Shown piece after piece: positions 9,638-18,911 of a DNA stretch of 64,000 nt; within the stretch, counting starts at the first letter, position 1, and every line of letters begins with the position of its first letter. The position numbers and the translations under genes were made by a program. The DNA is from Candidatus Magasanikiibacteriota bacterium (GTDB lineage Bacteria; Patescibacteriota; Patescibacteriia; Magasanikbacterales; 2-02-FULL-50-9b), in the NCBI GenBank assembly GCA_903893485.1, contig CAITMK010000012.1, forward strand, positions 18,708-82,707. The letters run 5' to 3'. The notes below the pieces were generated by a model, which had not been told where the DNA came from, did no database searches, and saw only the letters and a list, made by a program, of their open reading frames with translations.

Positions 9638-9666
9638 TTGACATTCGGTTTCTGTTCGGTCATACT
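9638..9666 (+). promoter_or_regulatory. lexA promoter TTGACA-17-CATACT with a TTCGGT direct repeat in the spacer
   Basis: Spacer reads TTCGGTttctgTTCGGT, a possible operator. ATG of lexA is 10 nt downstream of the -10. Confidence 0.45.
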
Positions 9667-9675
9667 AAAATCACT

Positions 9676-10296
9676 ATGAAATCTACCATGCTTACCAAAA
9701 AGCAGTCAGAGCTGCTTGCCAAAATGGTCAATTTTTATAAAATGAACGATCGCGTGCCAACATATCGCGAATTGGCCGAGGAATTAGGTATTTCCTCGCC
9801 GGCAACCATTGCAGAGCACGTGTCTGGTTTGGTTAGTAAGGGTTTTTTAAAAAAAGTTGGCCAACAGATTGAGCTGACCATTAAAGCCTTTCAGCGGGGT
9901 AGTGCGGTGCGGATCCCACTTATGGGCCTCATTACCGCTGGTGAGCCAATTGAGGCCCTAGAAAACAGAGAGACAATCGTGGTACCATCTAACCTCGTCA
10001 TGGACGGAATGAATTCCTACGCGCTTAAGGTGCGCGGCGACTCCATGATCGAAGAAGGCATTTTTGACGGTGACTTTGTAGTGGTAGAACGCACGAATCG
10101 CCCACACGATGGTGATGTGGTTGTTGCGCTTTTAGACAATACCTATGCCACGCTCAAAAAGTTTTACCGCGAGAAAAATCGTATTCGTTTGCAACCGGCA
10201 AATAAACGCCTTAAGCCTATTTTTGTTAAAGATTGTATTATCCAAGGGGTTGTTCGTGGCGTAATTCGCACATTCAGAACTGCCGGAACGTTTTAA
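9676..10296 (+). CDS. lexA: LexA repressor (S24 peptidase)
   Basis: N-terminal winged-HTH (LTKKQSELLAKMVNFY...PTYRELAEELGISSPATIAEHVSGLVSKGFL). C-terminal S24 domain with GDSMIEEGIFDGDFVVVE (Ser nucleophile) and a downstream Lys. Confidence 0.85.
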   Translation: MKSTMLTKKQSELLAKMVNFYKMNDRVPTYRELAEELGISSPATIAEHVSGLVSKGFLKKVGQQIELTIKAFQRGSAVRIPLMGLITAGEPIEALENRETIVVPSNLVMDGMNSYALKVRGDSMIEEGIFDGDFVVVERTNRPHDGDVVVALLDNTYATLKKFYREKNRIRLQPANKRLKPIFVKDCIIQGVVRGVIRTFRTAGTF

Positions 10297-10301
10297 TTGT
10301 A

Positions 10302-11489
10302 ATGGCTCAAATTCAATTATCAGAAGATCAGCAGCGTGCTTTTGACCAATTATTTGATTGGTCTATTAAGCCTGTCGGTGAATCGATTACGCTTGGAGGT
10401 TTTGCTGGCACGGGCAAAACAACACTCATCAGTATTTTACGCAAAGAAATTCGTCGTAAAAATGCGGGAACACGGGTTGCATTTGTTGCATTTACGGGCA
10501 AAGCGAGTCAAGTTTTGCGCGGCACTTTGGAGGCATCAAAATCGTTATACCCAGAAGATTCATGCGGCACAATTCATTCGCTGTTATACAAAGCGCATAC
10601 CGATAAAGACGGAAAATTAATGTATTGGAAGCGCGCCAAAACCGTGGAAGCCGAATTAATTATTGTGGACGAAGCCAGCATGGTCACCAGCGAAATCTGG
10701 GATGATTTATTGGCATGTGATATTCCAATTATTGCACTCGGGGACCACGGACAGCTGCCGCCGATCTCAGGAAAATTTAATTTAATGGAAAAGCCGCATA
10801 TCGTTTTAGAAAAAATCCATCGTCAGGCAGAAAATAATCCGATTATTCAGATTGCGCATGAAGCGCGACTTACTGGCACGGTGCGCGCCGGCACATATTC
10901 CAAAAGTGTGCGTAAATTTTCGCACGAAGTAAATGACCCAAGCGAAATTAATAATGTCATCGATCATTTATTCGAAAATTATCACGACGACATGATGATT
11001 TTGTGCGGCCGCAATAAAACGCGCACTCAAATTAACGCGGCAATCCGTACCAAAATGGGCCGCGAAGATGCAACTCCAGAAGTTGGCGACAAAGTTGTAT
11101 GTTTAAAAAATAATTACGATTTAGTGCATGCGCCAATTTACAACGGCATGACCGGTTACATTACGGAACTGACGCCACACAAAGAACATTGGTACGAAGC
11201 GAGCATTGATTTCCCAGAAGAGCGACGAACGTTTAATGGACTGATTATTAAGGATCAATTCGGTGCGCCAACACTGATCGATGAGATCAAAGGCGTTAAA
11301 TTCAAGGACTTGGGTGACAAATTTGATTTTGGTTATGCACTCACCGTTCACAAAGCGCAGGGCAGTCAGGCTAAAACCGTTGTGCTGTTTGAAGAACGTT
11401 TTCAAAAATCCGATGACGAACAATGGCGACGCTGGTTGTACACGGCCATCACGCGCGCACGCGAGAATCTTTACATTATTGGAGCTTAA
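10302..11489 (+). CDS. RecD/Dda-like SF1B ATP-dependent DNA helicase
   Basis: Walker A GFAGTGKTT, motif II IIVDEASMV, and C-terminal VHKAQGSQ...VVL motif. Starts 5 nt after the lexA stop. Confidence 0.75.
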   Translation: MAQIQLSEDQQRAFDQLFDWSIKPVGESITLGGFAGTGKTTLISILRKEIRRKNAGTRVAFVAFTGKASQVLRGTLEASKSLYPEDSCGTIHSLLYKAHTDKDGKLMYWKRAKTVEAELIIVDEASMVTSEIWDDLLACDIPIIALGDHGQLPPISGKFNLMEKPHIVLEKIHRQAENNPIIQIAHEARLTGTVRAGTYSKSVRKFSHEVNDPSEINNVIDHLFENYHDDMMILCGRNKTRTQINAAIRTKMGREDATPEVGDKVVCLKNNYDLVHAPIYNGMTGYITELTPHKEHWYEASIDFPEERRTFNGLIIKDQFGAPTLIDEIKGVKFKDLGDKFDFGYALTVHKAQGSQAKTVVLFEERFQKSDDEQWRRWLYTAITRARENLYIIGA

Positions 11490-11522
11490 TTGATTTGACA
11501 GTCCATTTCAGGGGGGGGTAAA
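11484..11522 (+). promoter_or_regulatory. promoter TTGACA-18-TAAAAT containing a G8 homopolymer in the spacer
   Basis: aTTGACAgtccatttcaGGGGGGGGTAAAATg lies upstream of the 11564 gene. Confidence 0.4.
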
Positions 11523-11563
11523 ATGCTCATATTAGTAATGTTGGAACATTTAATCATAATAAT

Positions 11564-11875
11564 ATGGCATTTGACGGAAAAAGAGCAGAGGATATTGCTG
11601 CGGTTGCAGAAGAGGCAAAAGTTGAAGGAGAAGGTATTTGGACAAATTCAGATGGTTCTGAAACTCCAAAGCAAAAGATTCTCAATTTGAAGCAGCATAT
11701 CATTTCATATGAAAAACAATATGCAGTGAATATGGATGCAGCAATTGCGGACCCAACAGATTCGGAAGCTCTAGAATTGGCGGAGTTGGCGACAAAGAAA
11801 CTTGCGAAACTTCATGAAGAATTAACGGCGTTAGAGGCAGCGCATGCAAATCGTGTTGAAGAGGCTTTAAAGTAG
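11564..11875 (+). CDS. hypothetical small acidic coiled-coil protein (103 aa)
   Basis: ORF with a downstream terminator; no recognisable motifs. Confidence 0.5.
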   Translation: MAFDGKRAEDIAAVAEEAKVEGEGIWTNSDGSETPKQKILNLKQHIISYEKQYAVNMDAAIADPTDSEALELAELATKKLAKLHEELTALEAAHANRVEEALK

Positions 11876-11890
11876 GTTTTAAAGCTTTAA

Positions 11891-11926
11891 AAAAGATACT
11901 CGTCACCGCGGCGAGTATCTTTTTGT
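11891..11926 (+). terminator. Rho-independent terminator
   Basis: aaaagatactcg-tcaccgcggc-gagtatcttttt. Confidence 0.75.
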
Positions 11927-11965
11927 TATATTGACCAAACCGTAAAAATAGCATAAGCTATTCCC

Positions 11966-13393
11966 ATGGAACACATCTCCCCATCAATTTTTTATCAGTA
12001 TTTTACGTGCCCGCACTGGCCGTGGTTTGAGCGTTTTGGCGACGAAACAAAACGGGGTGAATTTGGCGAGCTTCAAAAAAAGTTACTCGAACAGGGCGTG
12101 GCGAATGAAGAAAAATTCATGGCGGAGTTTACCAATGAAAAACAGGTGGTCACGATTGTGGCGGCAAATTGGCAGCAGGGATTGGAACAGACCAAAAAGG
12201 CTATGGCCGCTGGTGCAGACTTTATTTATCATGCGTATCTCCAGGATCGCACGTATCAGGGCATACCGGATTTGCTCATGCGTGTGGAAGGCAAAAGCAA
12301 ATTTGGCGCGTGGCAGTACGAACCTGTTGATATTAAATCTGGCTATGAATTGAAAGATGAATATAAATATCAGCTCGTGTTGTACGCGCTTTTGCTGGAA
12401 ATTGCGCTGGGTGTTCGCCCAAAGCAAGGGCATATCATCACCGCTTCACACGAATTTATTTCGTTCCCCGTTGATAATTTCATGGAGAAATTTTTTGATG
12501 TTTTAGAAAAAATCGAAGCAATTATTGGTGGCGAAAAGCCACCGCTGCAGCTCACCAAATCCTGCATGAACAGCCCATGGTATGCGTGTTGTGTTGAACA
12601 GGCTGAAGCGACCGACGACATCGCACTTTTGTATAAAGTCGATAAACGCGCCCTTGGAGCGCTGCACGAAGCGGGAATTAATACCGTCGAAGACGCCCGC
12701 CACATTGATCCAGAAATATTAGGCGACTCAATTCCATTTTTAAAAAAGGGTGGATTAGAGCGCATGAAAATGCAAGCAGAATCATTGAAAACAAAAAAAA
12801 TAATTTTGCGTAAACCTGTAAAAATGCCAACGGCCGCAAATATTGTGCATTTCGATATCGAAGGCGATCCACTTTTAGGACTTGAATATTTATTTGGATT
12901 TTTAATAGAAGGCAAAAATGGCGCGCCTGATGAATATAAGGCATTTGTTGCAGAAAAACCCGAAGACGAACGCAAAATGTGGCGTGAATTTTTAGATTGG
13001 CTCGCGGGCTTGCCAACAGATATGGTGATTTTTCATTATGCAACCTACGAAAAGTCGCGCCTGACCATGCTTGCACGCCGCTACGGTCGCGACATGTCGG
13101 AAATAGATCATGTAATCTTGGCCGCGTTCGCCGGCAAACTTTTTGATCTCAATGACATCGTAAAAGATAATTTTGTTTTCCCCTTATATTTTTACGGCCT
13201 CAAACAAATCGGAAAATTTCTTGGATTTCATTGGGATAGCGCCAAAGCTGGTGGCGCACAAAGTATTTTTTGGTATGAAGAATGGCTCAAAACAAATGAT
13301 CGTGAAATTCTAAATACGATTATTCAATACAACAAAGACGATGTGCGTGCGACAAAGTTTTTAAAGGATTGGATTGTGAATTATAAAGAATAA
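11966..13393 (+). CDS. RecB-family (Cas4-like PD-(D/E)XK) nuclease with a C-terminal RNase H-like 3'-5' exonuclease domain (TM0106-type)
   Basis: N-terminus YQYFTCPHWPW plus CMNSPWYACC give a Cas4-like 4-Cys cluster. PD-(D/E)XK elements GIPDLL / EPVDIKSG / YQLVLY. Later IVHFDIEGDPL...YLFG resembles a DnaQ-like exonuclease I motif. Confidence 0.55.
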   Translation: MEHISPSIFYQYFTCPHWPWFERFGDETKRGEFGELQKKLLEQGVANEEKFMAEFTNEKQVVTIVAANWQQGLEQTKKAMAAGADFIYHAYLQDRTYQGIPDLLMRVEGKSKFGAWQYEPVDIKSGYELKDEYKYQLVLYALLLEIALGVRPKQGHIITASHEFISFPVDNFMEKFFDVLEKIEAIIGGEKPPLQLTKSCMNSPWYACCVEQAEATDDIALLYKVDKRALGALHEAGINTVEDARHIDPEILGDSIPFLKKGGLERMKMQAESLKTKKIILRKPVKMPTAANIVHFDIEGDPLLGLEYLFGFLIEGKNGAPDEYKAFVAEKPEDERKMWREFLDWLAGLPTDMVIFHYATYEKSRLTMLARRYGRDMSEIDHVILAAFAGKLFDLNDIVKDNFVFPLYFYGLKQIGKFLGFHWDSAKAGGAQSIFWYEEWLKTNDREILNTIIQYNKDDVRATKFLKDWIVNYKE

Positions 13394-13394
13394 T

Positions 13395-14552
13395 TTATTT
13401 GGGACGGGCTTCCGTTTGAGTACCAATGGGTAGAGATGGGGAGGTGATTATTTTTGGTACGTGATTTTGTGTATTTAAAAGAGCGGCATGCACAATTTGA
13501 TCAGAGGCAACATAAAAATTATAAATATTTTTGGGATAATCCGGATTAATTTTTTTCCATCTACTTCCATTGTAAAATGTTGAAAAATTTTCTAGGCTTT
13601 TTTCAGTAAAAGGAAAATCTAGGGCTGGATCATGCGATGATTCCATCGTCTTTTCATATAAATATGCCACAAATAGTTTTACCGCATTTTGTGGGTGATA
13701 CGTTTGTCCCTCGGTAAGTCCTAAATTGCGGCGAGCGCTGATTCCGGGACCTGTCATGAGCACATGAAATATTGAAAATGAGTATTCATGATGGCCGTCA
13801 TGACCCTCCCAGCGAAAGACTTCGCTCGAACCAAGTGGCGCACCACCAGCTTCTTGTTTCGCGATTGCTAAAAGTGAGCGAATAAATAACTCTGGTGACA
13901 TGCCAGGTTGTTCCAATATGTGAGCGATCATCGTTCCATACAATGGATCCGTTTGAAGTTCTGCAAGTGCCGCACTTGCGTAGATGCAAAAATCTTCATC
14001 AGTTATATAACGATCTTTGTTTTCGTGGGGGAGTGGTATCCAAGCGTCTTTTTCAGTTTTAATTAATTCACGCAACTCGGTATCCGGGATATTTATGGAA
14101 ATTGTTTTTGCAAGCTGCTTATTAAAATAGGCAAACTCAGGATATTTCGAAAATTTTTCAATAATTTTTGCTCGTGTATCGCCATGCACTGCATGATAAA
14201 ACAATAACCCCGTATCCTCAAAAATAATTTCACCATTAGGTAATTTCTTAGTTTGGTCAGCGCGCTCTGCCTCGGTGAAATCGCCATTTTTATGAAACAC
14301 AAAAAATGGTGATTCGTCTGGTGAAATTTTACGTAAATTAAATTTTATTTCGTCATTTTCATCTTTGGTTTCACTGACCATGTGTTTTGCACGCACATCT
14401 TCCTTACAGGAGCTTGCGCCCATGAGTATGACAGCTGCACCAAGTGCCGTTCCAATCTTTCCCAAAAGTGCGTTTTGCACGCGATCATATGGTGTATTTG
14501 TGTGCGTCGGTGCTTCTGGCAAACCAGTATGCAGAAATTTATTTTGCTCCAT
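13395..14552 (-). CDS. hypothetical lipoprotein/secreted protein (~385 aa)
   Basis: Hydrophobic N-terminal segment ending in ...ILMGASSCKED. Divergent from the pfkB gene. Confidence 0.5.
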   Translation of the reverse strand: MEQNKFLHTGLPEAPTHTNTPYDRVQNALLGKIGTALGAAVILMGASSCKEDVRAKHMVSETKDENDEIKFNLRKISPDESPFFVFHKNGDFTEAERADQTKKLPNGEIIFEDTGLLFYHAVHGDTRAKIIEKFSKYPEFAYFNKQLAKTISINIPDTELRELIKTEKDAWIPLPHENKDRYITDEDFCIYASAALAELQTDPLYGTMIAHILEQPGMSPELFIRSLLAIAKQEAGGAPLGSSEVFRWEGHDGHHEYSFSIFHVLMTGPGISARRNLGLTEGQTYHPQNAVKLFVAYLYEKTMESSHDPALDFPFTEKSLENFSTFYNGSRWKKINPDYPKNIYNFYVASDQIVHAALLNTQNHVPKIITSPSLPIGTQTEARPK

Positions 14553-14593
14553 ATGCATTAGTATACCCGATTTTCTGATATAATGTCTTCACT

Positions 14594-15568
14594 ATGAAGT
14601 TCGACATTATTTCTATTGGCGATGCCACGATTGATACGTTTTTGTTTCTTCACGAAGCGCAGGTTAAATGTACCATTAAATCAGAAGAATGCGAACTGTG
14701 TTTTCCATACGGCGAAAAGTTGCCCGTTCAAAGTTTGCATCGCACAGTCGCCGGAAATGCATGCAACAATGCAATTGCAAATGCACGTTTTGGGTTTAAA
14801 AATGCATTTGTAGTTTCTGTGGGCGAGGACCCAAGTGGTAATTGGATCATTGATGCCTTAAAAAAAGAGGGAATTAATACCGCATTTGTAAAAAAAGATA
14901 AAAAAACACAGACAAACGCATCGACGGTATTGAGTTTTAAGGGTGAACGCACAATTTTTGTATATCATTCGCCACGTGTTTATGCATTGCCACCAAAAAT
15001 GCCAAAAGCAAAAGCGGTATATTACACCAGCGTAGGTTTAAATCATGAAAAATTAAATAATCAAGTAGCGGCATACGTTAAAAAAACGGGCGCGCGACTT
15101 GGATTTAATCCGGGCACGTACCAAATGAACGCTGGCCTTGAAAAAATGCGTTCAGTTTTGGCAGTTACGGAAATGCTTTTTATAAATAAACAGGAAGCTG
15201 CGCGCATCTTGGCAGTTCATGGGAGTATTGCAGAGCACGCACGCCTATTTCATAATCTTGGTGTTCGTACCGTAATTATTACGGATGGCGCTAATGGTGC
15301 ATTTGTCTCCGATAGTCAGCAAATGTATTTTTTGGGAGTACCAAAAACTAAGGTTGTAGAACGGACCGGTGCAGGTGATTCATTTGCAGCTGGTTTTATG
15401 GCAGCGCGGCTGCAAGGAAAATCTATTCCTGAGGCAATGCGCATTGGCTCCGCAAATGCTTCTTCGGTAATCATGCATATTGGTCCACAAACAGGGTTGC
15501 TGAGCATGGCGCAAATAAAAAATTTCATAAAAAAATATAAAATTGGTACCCCACATTTAGTAAAATAA
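14594..15568 (+). CDS. PfkB-family carbohydrate kinase (ribokinase-like)
   Basis: N-terminal DIISIGDATIDTF and C-terminal GAGDSFAAGFMAA PfkB signature. Confidence 0.75.
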   Translation: MKFDIISIGDATIDTFLFLHEAQVKCTIKSEECELCFPYGEKLPVQSLHRTVAGNACNNAIANARFGFKNAFVVSVGEDPSGNWIIDALKKEGINTAFVKKDKKTQTNASTVLSFKGERTIFVYHSPRVYALPPKMPKAKAVYYTSVGLNHEKLNNQVAAYVKKTGARLGFNPGTYQMNAGLEKMRSVLAVTEMLFINKQEAARILAVHGSIAEHARLFHNLGVRTVIITDGANGAFVSDSQQMYFLGVPKTKVVERTGAGDSFAAGFMAARLQGKSIPEAMRIGSANASSVIMHIGPQTGLLSMAQIKNFIKKYKIGTPHLVK

Positions 15569-15569
15569 T

Positions 15570-16505
15570 ATGTTAGTAAATTTAAATAAGGTATTACCCG
15601 CGGCGCGAAAAAATAAATATGCAGTTGGTGCATTTAATTTTTCCAATTTGGAATTAGCGCAGGCAATTGTGCAAGCTGCTGATGCGCTTGGTGCCCCAGT
15701 CGTAATTCAAACATCTGAAGGTGCAATTGAATACGGTGGCATGGAATATCTGGCAGCTATTGGGCATGTTGCCGCGCAAATACATGAAAAAATTCCCGTG
15801 GTTTTGCATTTAGATCATGGTCGTGATCCAGCGCTGGTTGAAAAAGCTATTAAGTCGGGTTGGTACACAAGTGTCATGATTGATGTTTCAAATTTGGCGT
15901 ATGCAGAAAATGTTCGCATCACATCACGCATTGTTGAAATGGCACATGAACGTGGCATGAGTGTGGAGTCAGAACTCGGCCCAATTTTGGGAGTTGAAGA
16001 TAAACTGCGCAGCACCGAAGCTGCATTTACCGATCCAAAACAAGTAAAACAATTTATTGCCGACACCAAATGCGACGCACTTGCTATTTCAGTTGGCACG
16101 GCGCATGGACTGATTAAATATCCTCGCGGTGTAACACCAAAAATTGATATTGCGCGCTTGGAAGAAATCGCCGCGATTTCTTCGATTCCGCTTGTGTTGC
16201 ATGGTGCAAGTTGTGTGCCACATGTGTTGCTCGAGCGCATCCACGAAAAATGTGAAACGCTTAATGATTGCAGTCGCGCACACGATGCGGTTGGCGTCCC
16301 CGAAGATCAAATTCAGCGCGCAATTGCAGCTGGTATTTCAAAAATAAATGTTGACTCAGATATTCGTTTGGCATTTACTGGCGCCGTACGCCAAGAGTTA
16401 ATGACCGATACCGATATTACGGACCCGCGCAAATTAATTGGTCCCGGCCGTGATGCAGTACAGCAAATGGTTTCCGACAGAATCAAACTTTTTGGCTGGA
16501 AATAA
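15570..16505 (+). CDS. fba: class II fructose/tagatose-bisphosphate aldolase
   Basis: AVGAFNFSNLE...VVIQTSEGAIEYGG...VLHLDHG; the Zn-binding His cluster is typical of class II aldolases. Confidence 0.8.
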   Translation: MLVNLNKVLPAARKNKYAVGAFNFSNLELAQAIVQAADALGAPVVIQTSEGAIEYGGMEYLAAIGHVAAQIHEKIPVVLHLDHGRDPALVEKAIKSGWYTSVMIDVSNLAYAENVRITSRIVEMAHERGMSVESELGPILGVEDKLRSTEAAFTDPKQVKQFIADTKCDALAISVGTAHGLIKYPRGVTPKIDIARLEEIAAISSIPLVLHGASCVPHVLLERIHEKCETLNDCSRAHDAVGVPEDQIQRAIAAGISKINVDSDIRLAFTGAVRQELMTDTDITDPRKLIGPGRDAVQQMVSDRIKLFGWK

Positions 16506-16510
16506 TTTAA

Positions 16511-16562
16511 ATAAAAAATGCCTCCAGTAACCTTCCGAAATTAAACGGCTGGTTTCTGGAGG
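16511..16562 (-). terminator. intrinsic terminator read on the minus strand, possibly bidirectional for fba
   Basis: cctccag...ctggagg stem followed by T6 on the minus strand. Confidence 0.6.
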
Positions 16563-16992
16563 TCTTGTGACTTGTTAGTCTTTGGTATCGTCAACCTATC
16601 GGCTGAAAATCCCATTAACACCCATTTCCGCTTTGTCAAAGGCGGATTTTCCCCATCTGTTATTATCACCACGGACGCAGCGATCTTTCTGTGGGAGGTG
16701 TGAGGACGCACACCATGCATCTCTGCTTCATTTTTTATTCCGCAGTAAGCGCGGAAAAGGAGTCGTCGGGTATTGTACCCGCTGACTATACCTGGTAACC
16801 CTCCGCTCCCTACTCTCCCTTGGTTGATACGCCAAGGTTTTCAGGTTAAGAAGTTGGGCTTTGGCATCAGCGTAGCGCTGACAAACTGTTGGCCAAGAGC
16901 TGCGGATATGGCGCTCAATCCGGCATTACGCCAGGTAACCCCACTATCGCACGCATGCGCGTGCAGTTAACGGCCCTAAGGCAGGTCAACTT
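16563..16992 (-). ncRNA. candidate ~480-nt structured non-coding RNA of unknown class
   Basis: No ORF >70 aa on either strand. A minus-strand TTGACAAAA-17-TATTTT promoter lies at plus 16999-17027 and the terminator at 16511-16562. Multiple perfect local hairpins (gcacgcgcatgcgtgc, cgggtattgtacccg). GC is elevated relative to flanks. Confidence 0.4.
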
Positions 16993-16998
16993 GTGTAT

Positions 16999-17027
16999 AA
17001 AATATCAAAAGACGGTGATTTTGTCAA
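16999..17027 (-). promoter_or_regulatory. sigma70-like promoter gggggTTGACAAAA-17-TATTTT driving the candidate ncRNA
   Basis: Reverse complement of 16999-17027. Same 'TTGACAAAA' -35 context as the cassette C, E and H promoters. Confidence 0.45.
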
Positions 17028-17044
17028 CCCCCGTCCATAGAAAT

Positions 17045-18028
17045 CTACTTTAAAGCCTTTTTTGTCGCTCTTACAATATCAGCCGCGGTCATCCCGTATT
17101 TTTCTAAAAGTTCTGTTGGAGTTCCGGATTCGCCAAAACAATTTGGCATACCAACCGGCTGAATTGGCACAGGAAATGTGCTGCGTGCACTGCATTCAGC
17201 AATGGCACCAAATAATCCACCACTAATTTGGTGCTCTTCAACGGTTACGGCCGCGCCAGTTTTTTTGAGCGATCCTAAAATAGTTTTTTCATCGAGTGGC
17301 GAGATGGTTGGACAGTTAATTACTTCGGCATCGATATTTTCTTTTTTCAAAAGTTCAGCGGCCTTTAGTGCTTCGTGTAAAAGTGGCCCGCATGCAATGA
17401 TTGAAATATTTTTCCCTGGGCGTACCACATATGCGCGGCCAATTTCAAATTCGGTTTCTGGCGTGGTGATGATTGGTGTTTTTTCGCGCGTTAAACGCAA
17501 ATATACGGGCCCATCATAGGTTGCCGCAGCGCGTGTTGCACGCTCGGCCTCAAGCGCATCGCAGGGAACAAGCACCACCATTCCTGGTAATACGCGCATA
17601 ATCGCAATGTCCTCGAGCGCTTGATGAGTTGCGCCATCAGGGCCAACAGAGATCCCTGCATGGGCGCCAACAATTTTTACATTCAAATTTGAATACGCAA
17701 CTGAAACACGAATTTGATCCCAATTGCGTCCTGGTGAAAATACCGCGTAACTCACGGCAAATGGAATTTTTCCCGTTGTAGCTAAACCAGCTGCAACGCC
17801 TGCCATATTTTGTTCGGACACGCCCATTTCAAAAAAACGATTTGGATATTTTTTTGCAAATGCTTCAACGCGGGTACTTTCAATTAAATCAGCGCAAAGG
17901 GCAACGATATGTTCATTTGCATCGCCAGCTGCAATAAGTCCGGTACCAAAACCGTCGCGCGTTGGTTTTGACGCGACATCGATATCAAAAATTTTTGGAT
18001 TTAGTGCAAACATATTATTGGTGTTCAC
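17045..18028 (-). CDS. transketolase, C-terminal (pyrimidine-binding) subunit
   Basis: Split-transketolase C-terminal half; overlaps the N-terminal subunit gene by 14 nt. Confidence 0.8.
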   Translation of the reverse strand: MNTNNMFALNPKIFDIDVASKPTRDGFGTGLIAAGDANEHIVALCADLIESTRVEAFAKKYPNRFFEMGVSEQNMAGVAAGLATTGKIPFAVSYAVFSPGRNWDQIRVSVAYSNLNVKIVGAHAGISVGPDGATHQALEDIAIMRVLPGMVVLVPCDALEAERATRAAATYDGPVYLRLTREKTPIITTPETEFEIGRAYVVRPGKNISIIACGPLLHEALKAAELLKKENIDAEVINCPTISPLDEKTILGSLKKTGAAVTVEEHQISGGLFGAIAECSARSTFPVPIQPVGMPNCFGESGTPTELLEKYGMTAADIVRATKKALK

Positions 18029-18872
18029 CAGTTATAACGCCGCCGAGCGTGCGTAGTTCATTCAATGCTTTTTTGGCCTCATCGCTTGTAGGTGGTTTGC
18101 CGTGCCACAAAAAATTATTTTCCATGAAGTCCACGCCTTTGCCTGGAATGGTATGCATCATGATTAATGTTGGGCGTTCATGAATTGCCGCAGCTTCTTC
18201 GCAGGCATCAATAATCGCACGCATATTGTGGCCATCGGCTTCAATCACATGCCAGTTAAAAGCCTCATATTTTTGGCGCAGTGGCTCGAGCGGCATGATG
18301 GATTCAGTGGTTCCGTCGATCTGAATATTATTACGATCCATGATCACGGTTAGATTTGATAAACGATATTTTGCTGCACACAAAATTGCTTCCCAGGTTT
18401 GGCCTTCTTCTTGTTCACCATCGGAAACCAAACAATATACGCGTGCCGTGGAATTATCCATGCGTAGGCCAAGCGCCGCACCAACTGCTTGCGAAATTCC
18501 TTGGGCTAGGGGACCACCGGTGTTTTCAATGCCAGGAAGTGAACCCAAATGAGGATGACCTTGTAATCGAGAATTTAATTTTCGTAATGTTTTAAGTTCA
18601 TCCGGTGGAAAAAATCCACGTCGTGCAAGTGTGGCATACCACACGGGGCAAATATGTCCGTTTGATAAAAAAATTCGGTCGCGCAGCGGATCTTGTGGCT
18701 TGCTTGGATTTACATTTGCAACCGCAAAATATAAAGCCGTAAAAACATCAGCCATGCCGAGTGGCCCAGCGCTGTGGCCAGAGCCAGCTTCAACCAACAT
18801 CGCAATAATATTTTGGCGAATTTGGTTTGCGTGCGATTCAAGTTCTGCAATTGCAGCATCGGTAAGGAGCAT
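18015..18872 (-). CDS. transketolase, N-terminal (TPP-binding) subunit
   Basis: SGHSAGPLGMADV TPP-binding motif. Start chosen at MLLTDAA; TGcTATACTG is 10 nt upstream. Confidence 0.8.
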   Translation of the reverse strand: MLLTDAAIAELESHANQIRQNIIAMLVEAGSGHSAGPLGMADVFTALYFAVANVNPSKPQDPLRDRIFLSNGHICPVWYATLARRGFFPPDELKTLRKLNSRLQGHPHLGSLPGIENTGGPLAQGISQAVGAALGLRMDNSTARVYCLVSDGEQEEGQTWEAILCAAKYRLSNLTVIMDRNNIQIDGTTESIMPLEPLRQKYEAFNWHVIEADGHNMRAIIDACEEAAAIHERPTLIMMHTIPGKGVDFMENNFLWHGKPPTSDEAKKALNELRTLGGVITGEHQ

Positions 18873-18911
18873 AGTCCTTACAGTATAGCAGTTTGTTGCG
18901 CGCTGCTCCAC

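Noticed and set aside
11897-11912. 16-nt exact match (gatactcgtcaccgcg) between the 11891 terminator and an internal segment of rnpB (34192-34207)
   Set aside because: The expected number of chance 16-mer matches within a 64-kb window is ~0.5, and the flanks do not extend the similarity. Treated as coincidence.
16511-17044. tmRNA (ssrA), SRP RNA or 6S RNA as identity of the fba-tkt intergenic RNA
   Set aside because: No tRNA-like T-arm or 3' CCA, no tag-peptide ORF ending in ALAA-like residues, no SRP domain-IV GGAA/AGCAGCC motifs, and the length (~480 nt) is incompatible with 6S. Left as unknown class.
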